From Terriglobia bacterium (lineage in GTDB: Bacteria > Acidobacteriota > Terriglobia > Terriglobales > Acidobacteriaceae), in the NCBI GenBank assembly GCA_020072815.1, contig JAIQGE010000014.1, positions 7,223 to 71,222 on the forward strand: a stretch of DNA of 64,000 bases, written 5' to 3'. The first letter of the stretch is position 1. Each line of letters begins with the position of its first letter. Positions 1 through 8,763 of the stretch are shown here, piece after piece. The notes beneath the pieces are model-generated. The model was given only the letters and a program-made list of their open reading frames with translations. It ran no database searches and was not told where the DNA came from. The position numbers and the translations under genes were made by a program.

Positions 1-22
1 GCACGCTAGTGGGCCTCCGCGT
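1..22. repeat. REP-like element (partial, at window edge) of family GGCACGCTAGTNGGCCTCGCCC, overlapping the PBP1A stop codon
   Basis: gcacgctagtgggcctccgc at 1-20 matches REP copies at 57203-57230 and 57367-57394; CTAG core contains the minus-strand TAG stop (6-8). Confidence 0.5.
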
Positions 23-2264
23 CGCCCGCGCGGCGAGGCAGAGCGGCCGACGCCCTACGCATCGCAGCCGCGCGTTTCTTTTCGTCATTGGGCGGCGGCA
101 GAAACGCCTCGTTCTTCAGCACCGGGTCGGCCAGCGCGGTGCGCATGAAATCAATCCATATGGGCAGCGCCGTGTGGCCCCCGGTCTCGTCTTTTCCCAA
201 AGCGCGCTTTTCGTCAAAGCCAATCCACACCCCACACGTGATGGACGGTGAGAATCCGATGAACCACGCGTCAGTGTAGTCGTTGGTCGTGCCGGTCTTG
301 CCGGCAACGGGGTGCTTCAACGCGCGCGCCGCGCCGGCAGTGCCATGCTGCACCACGCCCTGCAGCAGCGCCACCATGGTGCGCGACGTCCGCGCGCTGA
401 TGGCATCGCGGGCGTCGGGAAAATCCTGTTCCAGCACGTGGCCTTCGTAGTCGGTAACCTTGCGGATAGTGCGCGGCTCAATGCGCAGGCCGTCATTGGG
501 GAACACGGTGAAGGCGGCGGTCTGCTCGTAGAGCGTCAAGTCAGCGGCGCCCAGCGCGGAAGGCAGGTACGGCGGAATCGCCGACGTGATGCCGAACTTG
601 TGCGCGTAGTCGGCCACGGTGGCCATGCCGGCTTTCTGCGCCAGTTTCACCGCGGGAATGTTGCGCGAATCCGCCAACGCGCGGCGCAGCGTGATGGCGC
701 CGGCAAAGCGCCGGTCAAAGTTGCGCGGCGTGTACGGTGTGCCATTGCTGCTGAAGGTGGTAGGCTCGTCCACGATCAGGTCGTCCGGGTCGGCGCCCTG
801 GTCCACCGCGGCGGTATAGACGAAAACTTTGAACGACGATCCCACTTGGCGCTGTGCCTGCGTGGCGCGATTGAATTTTGAATCGTCAAAGCTGCGGCCT
901 CCGACCATGGCCTTGATATCGCCGGTGGCGTTGTCAATCGCCAGCAGCGCGCCTTGTATGCCGGAATCCTGCTCCAGGCTTACGCGCGCCGTGCCGTCAT
1001 TATTCAGCGCCAGGATTTTCACGTAGACCAGGTCGCCCAGCGTCATGATCTGCTTGGGGAACTTGTGTTTGGTCCAGGCCAGCTCCGCCGGACCGATGGT
1101 GGCGCTGTACGCGCCCAGCTTCACTTTGGCAAATTGCAGCCCCACGTCCACGACGAGCGCGCGCACGTAGCTGCCAACTTGCAGCGGCTGGGACCAGTCC
1201 GGGTCCTGATACTTGTCGGTCTTCTCGCCGGCGGCGATGATGTTCCGCAACTCGCCTTTCCATCCATGGCGGCGCTCGTAGGCGGCCAGGCCGTCCATCA
1301 CCGCGCGGGTTGCCGCTTTCTGCAAATCCAGGTCCAGTGACGTGTACACGCGCAAGCCGCCTTCATGCACCTGGTCAGAGCCAAACTTTTTTTCCAGATG
1401 CCGCCGGACTTCTTCCACGAAATACGGCGCCGGCAAAGATTCCTGCTGCAGGTTCAGCCGCAACGGAGTCTGCTTGGCACGGCTGGCTTCTTCCGCGGTG
1501 ATCTTGCCGTCTTCCAGCATGTTGTTGATCACCAGGTTGCGCCGCCGCAGCGCGCGCTCGGGATAATTAATCGGAGAATAATTCGCCGGGGCCTTGGGCA
1601 GCCCGGCCAGCAGAGCGGCTTCTTCCAGTTTCAGGTCGCGGGCATGTTTGTTGAAGTAGTATTGCGCGCCGGCTTCAAACCCGTACACGCCGGAGCCCAG
1701 GAAGATCTGGTTCGAATACAGCGTGAAGATCTGCTCCTTGGTGAAGTGGCGTTCAATCTGCATGGCCAGCATGGCTTCCTGGATTTTGCGGCTGAAGTGC
1801 CGCTCCGGCGAAAGAAACAGGTTGCGCGAAAGCTGCATGGTCAGCGTGGACGCCCCTTGCGCCCGCGAGCCGGACGTCAGGTCGCGATAGGTGGCGCCAA
1901 ACACCCGCCAGAAATTGATGCCCCAGTGCCCCTCAAAATTCTTGTCTTCGGTGGAGAGGATGGCCTCGCGCAGGACCTTGGGAAAATCGTCATAGGCCGC
2001 CAGCACGCGGCGCTGCAGCGCGAACTGGCCAATCACCCGCCCGTTGCTGTCATAGAGTTCGGTGATGGTGCTGGGACGGTAGCGCTCCAGGTCGCCGATC
2101 TGCGGCAGGTCCGTGGAGTAGACGATCAGCAGCCCGCTGGTGATCCCAAGAATCGCGGCGCCGGCCACCAGCAGTCCAAAGCCCACGCGTCCAGCCAGTT
2201 TTGTCCCGGCAATATGGAACGACCCGATTTTGGAGGGCGGACGATGAAAGTTGAACAACTTCAT
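6..2264 (-). CDS. mrcA: Class A penicillin-binding protein 1A (bifunctional transglycosylase/transpeptidase), complete
   Basis: 752 aa; N-terminal TM anchor; GT51 motifs (EDKNFEGHWGIN, RAQGASTLTMQ); transpeptidase SxxK (SSFK), SxN (SRN), KTG (KTGTTN); TAG stop at 6-8. Confidence 0.9.
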   Translation of the reverse strand: MKLFNFHRPPSKIGSFHIAGTKLAGRVGFGLLVAGAAILGITSGLLIVYSTDLPQIGDLERYRPSTITELYDSNGRVIGQFALQRRVLAAYDDFPKVLREAILSTEDKNFEGHWGINFWRVFGATYRDLTSGSRAQGASTLTMQLSRNLFLSPERHFSRKIQEAMLAMQIERHFTKEQIFTLYSNQIFLGSGVYGFEAGAQYYFNKHARDLKLEEAALLAGLPKAPANYSPINYPERALRRRNLVINNMLEDGKITAEEASRAKQTPLRLNLQQESLPAPYFVEEVRRHLEKKFGSDQVHEGGLRVYTSLDLDLQKAATRAVMDGLAAYERRHGWKGELRNIIAAGEKTDKYQDPDWSQPLQVGSYVRALVVDVGLQFAKVKLGAYSATIGPAELAWTKHKFPKQIMTLGDLVYVKILALNNDGTARVSLEQDSGIQGALLAIDNATGDIKAMVGGRSFDDSKFNRATQAQRQVGSSFKVFVYTAAVDQGADPDDLIVDEPTTFSSNGTPYTPRNFDRRFAGAITLRRALADSRNIPAVKLAQKAGMATVADYAHKFGITSAIPPYLPSALGAADLTLYEQTAAFTVFPNDGLRIEPRTIRKVTDYEGHVLEQDFPDARDAISARTSRTMVALLQGVVQHGTAGAARALKHPVAGKTGTTNDYTDAWFIGFSPSITCGVWIGFDEKRALGKDETGGHTALPIWIDFMRTALADPVLKNEAFLPPPNDEKKRAAAMRRASAALPRRAGDAEAH

Positions 2265-2441
2265 GGCAGGTGAGACTTATTTTCGGCGACTTTGCGCGAT
2301 CAGGTTTGGACAAGGTCAGAATAGCATGGACTTTCACTTTGGGGCGATGACCAGACGTTCACCGACTCTCGCCTAGACTCGTGTGGCACCGGCGCCCAGG
2401 CGGAGCGGAGGAATCAAGCATGAGGGATAGAGTTTAGATTT

Positions 2442-2477
2442 CCCACCCTTTCCGGCAAAAAGCGCGGAAAGGATGGG
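2442..2477. repeat. REP-like hairpin CCCACCCTTTCCG-loop-CGGAAAGGATGGG
   Basis: 13-bp imperfect inverted arms read directly; same GGGTGGG core family as 3419, 5289, 5506, 6047. Confidence 0.6.
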
Positions 2478-2520
2478 CCACGCGGCACGATAACGCGCAA
2501 GGCGTAAAGATACGCGCCGA

Positions 2521-2964
2521 TTATCTGCGGAGGGTTTCGCTGTGGATCAGGGGCCAGCGCTTGATGGGACGCCAGTCGCCGGTTTTCCAGTCAACGTGCT
2601 CGGTTTCCAGGGTGAAGCCAGGATCAATGATGAAGTGGAGCGCGGTCTTGTCCTGAAAGCGGACGTCAATTGCATGGTACTCGCCGGCGGTGAAGACCTC
2701 GACAAAGTCCACGGTCTTGCCGTTGAATTCGTTGAAGCGGTAGAAGGCGCGTCCCCGAAAGCGGCGGATGGTGGTCTTGCCGCGTTTGGTCTCAGTGAAC
2801 CGCAGGGAGGCCGGTAGCCTCTCCCGTTTCTTAGTTTTTGGATTTTTGGGGTTTCGCTTTTTTGGGTTGCGGTGTTTCGGGGCTGAATGCTGAGTGCTGA
2901 TTGCGGAGTGCTTCTTGCGGGGTTGCGTCGAGCGGACGGAGCGTTTACTTTCAATAGCAGCCAT
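2521..2964 (-). CDS. hypothetical protein with highly basic Lys/Pro-rich N-terminal tail and approx 95-aa C-terminal domain
   Basis: 147-aa ORF; N-term KKHSAISTQHSAPKHRNPKKRNPKNPKTKKRER; downstream (same strand) of HTH gene; no recognisable catalytic motif. Confidence 0.45.
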   Translation of the reverse strand: MAAIESKRSVRSTQPRKKHSAISTQHSAPKHRNPKKRNPKNPKTKKRERLPASLRFTETKRGKTTIRRFRGRAFYRFNEFNGKTVDFVEVFTAGEYHAIDVRFQDKTALHFIIDPGFTLETEHVDWKTGDWRPIKRWPLIHSETLRR

Positions 2965-3041
2965 CTTGCCTCCTCGTAGGCGATTTGGTTAGGGCGCGTT
3001 CGGTGGTCAAAACACCGGGCGCTGCCCGTTAGGTTGTGGTT

Positions 3042-3323
3042 TTACTTCTTCTTCGGTTTGCGAGTCTTGTGTGGCACAGCCGCCCTCGGCTGTGTCTTCT
3101 GTTTCTCTCTCAGTTCTTGATATCGGGTTTTCCTTCCGTTGGCGATCTTGGGCAGGAGTTGGCGAGCCTGCTCAATGTCGGATTCGGTCCAGAGGTGAAT
3201 GCTGCGCTGGCCCAATTTGACTATTTCCGGAGCGGGAAGCTTGCCGCTGGCAATGTATCGGCTCAGAGCAATCGGGCTAATTCCAAGCGCCTTGGCGGCT
3301 TTAGTGGTAGAAATCTTTTTCAT
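3042..3323 (-). CDS. small helix-turn-helix DNA-binding protein (AlpA/excisionase- or MerR-like HTH)
   Basis: 93 aa; TKAAKALGISPIALSRYIASGKLPAP resembles phage AlpA/Xis-type HTH; basic C-terminal tail. Confidence 0.55.
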   Translation of the reverse strand: MKKISTTKAAKALGISPIALSRYIASGKLPAPEIVKLGQRSIHLWTESDIEQARQLLPKIANGRKTRYQELREKQKTQPRAAVPHKTRKPKKK

Positions 3324-3418
3324 TCAGGTACTAACGTACCTGATAGATATGGAGCTTGTCAAACAATTTATTTTTGTCGTCTCGGAGAGGGATGGACGAA
3401 GATCGAAGGTTGATCTAA

Positions 3419-3430
3419 CCCACCCTTTGC
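3419..3430. repeat. REP half-site CCCACCCTTTGC (reverse orientation)
   Basis: identical 12-mer to 6047-6058; reverse complement of GCRAAGGGTGGG at 5289 and 5506. Confidence 0.5.
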
Positions 3431-3443
3431 GTCCACGGTCAGG

Positions 3444-3854
3444 ATGTGGGTCGACCTGACAGAGAAGATCGGTAGGTTGAATTATGGGTCAAATCAAGAA
3501 CAACTTGATCTTGTAGAGAAGGCCGTTAACGCCTTTTCAACCCAAGCCGATCTATTCATTGACTCTTGGGCGAGTGCGAAAACAGATTTTTCTCTTACAG
3601 TAACTCGGCTCTTACAGATTAAAAGGCATACGTGCCGGAATTTGATTAACCATATACACAGTTCTTGGCAATTGGCACGGAGACAGGACGAAGGTTACGA
3701 CAGCCTCAATAAATTACTGATAGAACTCCTGCAGGAGCTCGAATCCTTCATTGTGATGATTGCTACTTCCAGAAGAGCAATGCTCAGAGGAGACTCTGAA
3801 GATCTACTGTCCTATCACAATCAATCCGTAGACCCGAATTCCTTGAAAGGCTGA
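3444..3854 (+). CDS. hypothetical protein encoded in AT-rich (about 42% GC) island; likely horizontally acquired cargo
   Basis: 136-aa ORF, predicted helical, no known motif; GC far below flanks; bounded by REP and IS110 remnants. Confidence 0.4.
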   Translation: MWVDLTEKIGRLNYGSNQEQLDLVEKAVNAFSTQADLFIDSWASAKTDFSLTVTRLLQIKRHTCRNLINHIHSSWQLARRQDEGYDSLNKLLIELLQELESFIVMIATSRRAMLRGDSEDLLSYHNQSVDPNSLKG

Positions 3855-4138
3855 AGTTCGCTGCATGACGTGGCAGGCGGGTGGCCCTCGATAAGAGCGA
3901 AGGCGCTGTCAAGGAAAAACTATTCCTGGCGATGCGTAAGCATCGCAATGTTGGCCAAACGAGTCTGTCGACGAAGACACTGGAAAGCACCTGTACTTGA
4001 ATCACCATTCGTGGAAAGGTTTTGCTTTTGGTGTTGCTGTTGCTTTTTGCCGTTCCACCAACCATCGATTCGGCCCGACCTCGGCCATGATTCTTCTATT
4101 CGAACACCCATCCACCCGTTGGGTGCGAGAGCGCCCAA

Positions 4139-5190
4139 TCAATCCTTCGGCAGTTGTAAATCTGCCAGGGCCACCCGCGAGCTGCTCTCGATGCGAACGA
4201 CCTCCGGATACGGCGTATTGGTGCGGAGCATCCAGAAGAGTCGTACGGCCAACTTGCGCGCCGCCGCCACCTTGGCCACCGCTTTCGGTTTCTGGTGACA
4301 GCGATGCAGATACTCATTGCGGAACTTGGGATCGTAACGGACAGCGACCTGCGCCGCTTCCACCAACAACATGCGCATGAAGCGATTGCCCTGCTTGCTG
4401 ATGCCGCCCATCCGCTGCTTGCCGGCTGAGCTGTACTCGCGGGGAATCAGGCCCAGATAGCTGGCCACCTGCTTGCCCCGCTGGAAGCGCGTGACGTCTC
4501 CCATGGTCAGCACGTAGGCCAGTGAAGTGATGGGTCCGACGCCGGGCTGGGTCATCAGCAATCGGGCTTTTTCATTTTCCTCGGCTGCCTTTTTCGCCGC
4601 CTGGTCCAGCACCACGATCTGCTGGTCCATCGACTTCAGCAAAGCCAGCAGGTTCTGGCGCCGTACTCCCGCCCAGAAATCCAGCGGCAGTTCCAGCAGC
4701 AGCTTCTGGCCTTGCTTGCTCCACAGCGAGCCACCTTTCTGCATTCCCTTGTTCAGCGCCAGGTGCTGCAGTTCGTTCTTCACCCGCGCCCGCAGCGTCA
4801 CCAGCTTGTAACGATGAATCAGCAACTGCCGCTGATCGCGCTCCTGCTTGGACGGCGTCCAGATCCGCGGGAAGTCATCCTTCTGCAGCAGATCCAGAAT
4901 GAGCGCGGCGTCCCGCCGATCCGTCTTCTGCTTGCGCACCTGGGCCGCCCGGACTTGGCTGCGTCGCCCACCCACACCTCATGACCCAGCTCGGTCAGCA
5001 GATCCACGAACCAGTGGCTGTTGCCCGTCGCTTCCAGACCCACACGCACCGTCCCCGTCAGCCCTTCATAGAACTGCCGGGCTTCTCCGCTGGCGTGCAT
5101 CAACTTCCTTTCCTCGGTTTCTCCCGTTTCCGTGTCTAACGAAGCGATTTGTTGCCAGCTGGGATGGAAATCACATCCTATAATGATCAT
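4139..5190 (-). pseudogene. IS110-family (DEDD) transposase interrupted by a frameshift near 4950-4990
   Basis: N-terminal DEDD_Tnp_IS110 segment (MIIIGCDFHPSWQ...GLEATGNSHWF...VWVGDAAK) in ORF 4819-5190 continues in another frame as ORF 4139-4975 (AAQVRKQKTDRRDAALI...QPGVGPITS...ISKQGNRFMRMLL). Confidence 0.7.
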
Positions 5191-5288
5191 CGAAGGCTCC
5201 TTTCTTCCCAGTCGTCTTCGTCGTCAAACAAAGAATACTGTGTCGGACGGGGCCTTCGCTCTTATCCAATCAATCTTTCGCGGTTTTT

Positions 5289-5312
5289 GCGAAGGGTGGG
5301 ATTCGATGATAT
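5289..5312 (+). repeat. direct repeat copy 1 (GCGAAGGGTGGGATTCGATGAT)
   Basis: near-identical to 5506-5530 (GCAAGGGTGGGATTAGAATCAT). Confidence 0.5.
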
Positions 5313-5505
5313 TTCTTCACCACGCTGGAGCGACTGCGTCCGACTTTTCTGTCGCTACGCCGTGCGGCTACGCTCCGGCCTACGGCAGTGAGGAAGGATC
5401 ATTTCATTAACTTACCCGGCACTTATCCCTCAGCGGCGGGTGGCCCACCTTTTCTTGTTCTTTTCTGTCCCTTTCGACACTGAGCGGGTGCCCTACCCTT
5501 GCGCA

Positions 5506-5530
5506 GCAAGGGTGGGATTAGAATCATGTT
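5506..5530 (+). repeat. direct repeat copy 2 / REP core GCAAGGGTGGGATT immediately upstream of RAYT start
   Basis: local palindrome CCCTTGCgcaGCAAGGG at 5493-5511. Confidence 0.5.
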
Positions 5531-5533
5531 TGC

Positions 5534-6040
5534 ATGCCGAAACGACTGCGGCGTATCCAAGGTGGAGGTGATCGTCACTTCATCACCTGCAGTTGCTATC
5601 GCCGCCAGGCGTTTCTTGGTTCGGCGCGCCGCCGGGATCTGTTTCTCACGATCCTGGAGGAAGTGAGGCAGCGATACGATTTCGTGGTCTGGGGCTATGT
5701 GGTCATGCCGGAACACTTCCATTTGCTGGTGACCGAGCCGCGACACGGAAAGCTGTCAGTGGCGATGCAGGTGCTCAAGCAGCGCATCTCGCGGCGCAGC
5801 CGGAGAAAGAGAAGAAACGCGGCGCAATTGGACATTTGGGCTGACGAGCCGCGGGCTTTCTGGCTGCCGCGGTACTATGACTTCAACGTCTACTCGCAGA
5901 AGAAACACATTGAGAAGCTGCGCTACATGCATCGGAACCCGGTAACGCGCGGGCTGGTGGCGTCGCCGGAGCTATGGCGCTGGAGCAGCTTCCGCTACTA
6001 TCGGTACGGCGAAATCGGACCGGTGAAGATCGGGGAGTAA
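5534..6040 (+). CDS. REP-associated tyrosine transposase (RAYT; IS200/IS605-like Y1 HUH transposase)
   Basis: 168 aa; HUH motif HFHLLV; N-terminal RHFITCSCYRRQAF; C-terminal Tyr-rich helix YYDFNVYS...WRWSSFRYY. Confidence 0.8.
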   Translation: MPKRLRRIQGGGDRHFITCSCYRRQAFLGSARRRDLFLTILEEVRQRYDFVVWGYVVMPEHFHLLVTEPRHGKLSVAMQVLKQRISRRSRRKRRNAAQLDIWADEPRAFWLPRYYDFNVYSQKKHIEKLRYMHRNPVTRGLVASPELWRWSSFRYYRYGEIGPVKIGE

Positions 6041-6046
6041 CTTTCT

Positions 6047-6112
6047 CCCACCCTTTGCTCCGCTCAAGCTTGCGCAACACCGGCGCAACCTCGCTCTCCG
6101 CAAAGGATGGGG
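6047..6112. repeat. REP-like hairpin CCCACCCTTTGC-(41 nt)-GCAAAGGATGGGG
   Basis: 12-bp inverted arms; inverted relative to the 5506 copy. Confidence 0.5.
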
Positions 6113-6679
6113 CACCCTCGGGTATTCTAAGGAGGGAAAAAGCTGCGGAAAGGTGAGCCACCCGCCCTCTACGGAGGAGAAGAAGCCATTAGCACTTGGC
6201 GGTCAGCCAAAGCCAAAAGTCTTTTAGGCCAATGAACTAGTTCGCGCTGGCATTAGCGAACAAAATACGGTATAGTAACACAGCCATAAGCACTTAGCCT
6301 TTAGGCGTCCCTGCCCCAGGGCAAGGGTCTCAAGCTCTTTGAAAAATCAGCAGCCAATAAACTGGAAAACCTCAAAACTCAAGATTTACCGCAAAGGGCG
6401 CTAAGTGCGCGAAGATGAATGTGTTAGCGGGAAAGTTTACTATGGAGTAAACAGTTGGGTGACCGTTGGGTCGAATGGGATCAACCTTGTGTTTGCAACA
6501 CACACGTTAGGGGAGGGGTGGGGGGCGAAGAAATTGCCAAAATCGCCGGAATCCACGGCTGGCCGGGACAGGTCGCCAAAATCGGGCAATTGGAAAACAA
6601 GTATCCCCGGGGATGTTTCGCGTAAGTCCTTATTTTCCGGGGATGAACGGGGATGGGGCATGGGGCTGGTTGAGGCCAG

Positions 6680-6705
6680 TAAAAAGCGCGCCCCGAAAGG
6701 CGCGC
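6680..6705 (-). terminator. Rho-independent terminator downstream of S41 protease gene
   Basis: GCGCGCC-ccgaaa-GGCGCGC stem-loop (6686-6705) followed on minus strand by TTTTT (plus aaaaa 6681-6685). Confidence 0.65.
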
Positions 6706-6732
6706 TCATTGTTGTAATTGATAGCCTGGTTC

Positions 6733-7959
6733 TTACGAAGCCTTCTGCGCTTTGATCTTCAGCACTTCAATCGCGCGCCGCAGTTGGTCGTCTTCTTTGG
6801 TTGGAGCTGCTTTCTGCGGTTCGTCGGGGGTGCTGTCATCGTCGTCGGGCAGGGCAGCCAGGTCGTCATTCGACGCGGCCACCAGGACGTTCGGCGTGAT
6901 GCCGGTATCCTGGATGATCTTGCCGTTGGGCGTGTAGTACTTGGCCACGGAGAGGATCAGCGCCGAGCCGTCCGGCACTTCAATCAGCTTCTGTACGGAG
7001 CCTTCGCCGAAAGTCTTGTCGCCCACCACGTCGCCGCGCTGGTTTTCGAAGATGGCAGCGGCCACCAGCTCCGCCGGACCGGCTGAGCCGCGGTTGACCA
7101 GCACGGCCAGCGGCAGATCGGTAATTTTCTTCTGCGGGTCAGCGGTGTAGGTGACTTTCGCGAATTTCTGGCCTTGCAGCGTGCTGATGGTGCCTTTGCT
7201 CAGGAACAGGTTGGCGACGGCCACGCCTTCTTCTTCGTCGCCTTCTGAGTCATTGCGCAGGTCCAGCACCAGCTTCTTGACGTTCTGCTTTTGCAGCGAT
7301 TTGATCTTGTTGGCGATTTCCTGGGCCTTGCCTTTGGTCAGAGCCAGAGCCTTGATGTAGCCCACGTCGCCCAGCACCTGCTCTTGCACGGCGGGAGGAT
7401 TCACCACTTCGCGGACGATGGTTACCTTCTGCGGCTCAACTTTGCGGGCGCGGATGATGGCGCACTCCACGCGCGAACCGGTGTCGCCGGTGAGCTTCAT
7501 CTTCAGCGCCGCCAGGGACATGTCATGGGTGCTCTTGCCGTCCACAAATTCCAGGATGTCGCCCGCGGTCACGCCGGCTTTGTCCGCCGGTCCGCCGGGA
7601 ACCACGGAAACCACGGCGGCGTAGCCAAAACGCTTCGACACGGTGGCGCCGATGCCGGCCTTGGCGTCAGCTTTGGTCTGCTTGAAGGCTCTGTATTCGG
7701 ACGGAGTCAGGAAACTGGAGTTGGCGTCCAGCGATTCCAGCAGCCCGTGCAGCGCGCCGTTGGTGACCGACGGCATGTTGGGCTCTTCCACGTATTCGGT
7801 GCGGATGCGGTGCAGCACTTCACTGTAAACCTGGATGTGCGTGTACGCGCTGTCATTGCTGCTGTTGCTGGAGGCGTGCACGCCCAGCCCGCCGATCAGC
7901 GCAAAAACAATTACCAGCATGGAGCTGGCAAGAATGAGTGCTTGGACTTTTTTCGACAT
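6733..7959 (-). CDS. ctpA: S41 family C-terminal processing peptidase with PDZ domain
   Basis: 408 aa; signal peptide; PDZ (VVSVVPGGPADKAGVTAGDILEFVDG); S41 catalytic region VLVNRGSAGPAELVAAAI. Confidence 0.85.
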   Translation of the reverse strand: MSKKVQALILASSMLVIVFALIGGLGVHASSNSSNDSAYTHIQVYSEVLHRIRTEYVEEPNMPSVTNGALHGLLESLDANSSFLTPSEYRAFKQTKADAKAGIGATVSKRFGYAAVVSVVPGGPADKAGVTAGDILEFVDGKSTHDMSLAALKMKLTGDTGSRVECAIIRARKVEPQKVTIVREVVNPPAVQEQVLGDVGYIKALALTKGKAQEIANKIKSLQKQNVKKLVLDLRNDSEGDEEEGVAVANLFLSKGTISTLQGQKFAKVTYTADPQKKITDLPLAVLVNRGSAGPAELVAAAIFENQRGDVVGDKTFGEGSVQKLIEVPDGSALILSVAKYYTPNGKIIQDTGITPNVLVAASNDDLAALPDDDDSTPDEPQKAAPTKEDDQLRRAIEVLKIKAQKAS

Positions 7960-8118
7960 CGGTGAGAAACCCGTCCTTAAAGACTGCTTTGTTAAGACTA
8001 AATGGCACCTGCAAAGGTGAGCGGTATCTTCATTATAGCCGTGTTTGTTGGATGCAGATCAGCTTTCTGGCGACGCGGAAAATCTTAAGTTACTGCCCAC
8101 TCGGGCGCGACTGCCCGT

Positions 8119-8538
8119 TTAGTCGCCTGAGGCCGCATGGCGTCGCGATCCCAGAATCCCCAGGATTTCCTTCAGTCCCTGGCGCACCTGCTTAAGCTCA
8201 GCCAGGTTGGGAGCAGGCACGGCGAATGGCAGGGAAGTCTGCTTGCGTTTGACTTCGGCGCGCAATTGCTGGCGCGCTCCGGCAATCGTAAACCCCTGTT
8301 CGTAAAGGAGTTTCTTGATGCGCAGGACGCTTTCCACGTCCGGACGGCGATACGTCCGCTGCCCGGTGTTGCTCTTGGGCGGCTTGAGCTGGGGGAATTC
8401 CGTCTCCCAGAAGCGGAGCACGTAGCCGGGGAGTCCGCACAGCCGGCTGACTTCGCCAATGCGGAAGTAGAGCTTGTCCGGGATTACCACGTCCGCTGAG
8501 GCGGCTTTCCGGGTGGACGGCTTGGCAGACTTTTGCAT
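8119..8538 (-). CDS. MerR-family transcriptional regulator
   Basis: 139 aa; N-terminal [28 protein letters not shown] typical of MerR; divergent from patatin gene. Confidence 0.75.
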   Translation of the reverse strand: MQKSAKPSTRKAASADVVIPDKLYFRIGEVSRLCGLPGYVLRFWETEFPQLKPPKSNTGQRTYRRPDVESVLRIKKLLYEQGFTIAGARQQLRAEVKRKQTSLPFAVPAPNLAELKQVRQGLKEILGILGSRRHAASGD

Positions 8539-8763
8539 GAAAGGTTCTTGGGTCGCGACGACCAGGACGAAAGCGGCTGAGCGGAGTGTAAGTCCGATGG
8601 CTGGCGGGCGTCAACCGAAAATAGCCCGGTTGCGGCTGATCTCTTACGTTGGTCAGGCTCGCGCGCGCACACAGAAGTCGTGCTACGGCAGTTTTGCCGG
8701 CCGGCAATTGCCCCATTGGTTTTCCCCCAAGCTGGGGTATGCTGGGCCGAAGCGTCCAAAAAA

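Larger units (their letters stand above)
4040..5434 (-). mobile_element. IS110-family insertion sequence (degenerate), boundaries approximate
   Basis: transposase split over 4139-4975 and 4819-5190; non-coding left end upstream of tnp (5191-5434) and short right end; no terminal IRs as expected for IS110. Confidence 0.45.
5435..6166 (+). mobile_element. RAYT unit: REP-associated tyrosine transposase gene bounded by 20-bp terminal inverted repeats and REP hairpins
   Basis: IRL GGCGGGTGGCCCACCTTTTC (5435-5454) vs IRR reverse complement GGCGGGTGGCTCACCTTTC (6148-6166); inverted REP cores at 5506 and 6047. Confidence 0.6.

Noticed and set aside
312-2273. Plus-strand ORFs 312-881, 954-1340 and 1365-2273 (up to 302 aa)
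   Set aside because: They lie antisense to the well-supported PBP1A gene and have Arg/Ala/Gly-rich low-complexity translations typical of shadow ORFs in high-GC DNA.
8694-8743. Assigning a specific MerR-type -35/-10 promoter in the MerR-patatin intergenic region
   Set aside because: The candidate hexamers (TTGCCG/TTGCCC and TATGCT) give 24-38 bp spacers, inconsistent with the 19-20 bp expected. Only the palindrome is reported.
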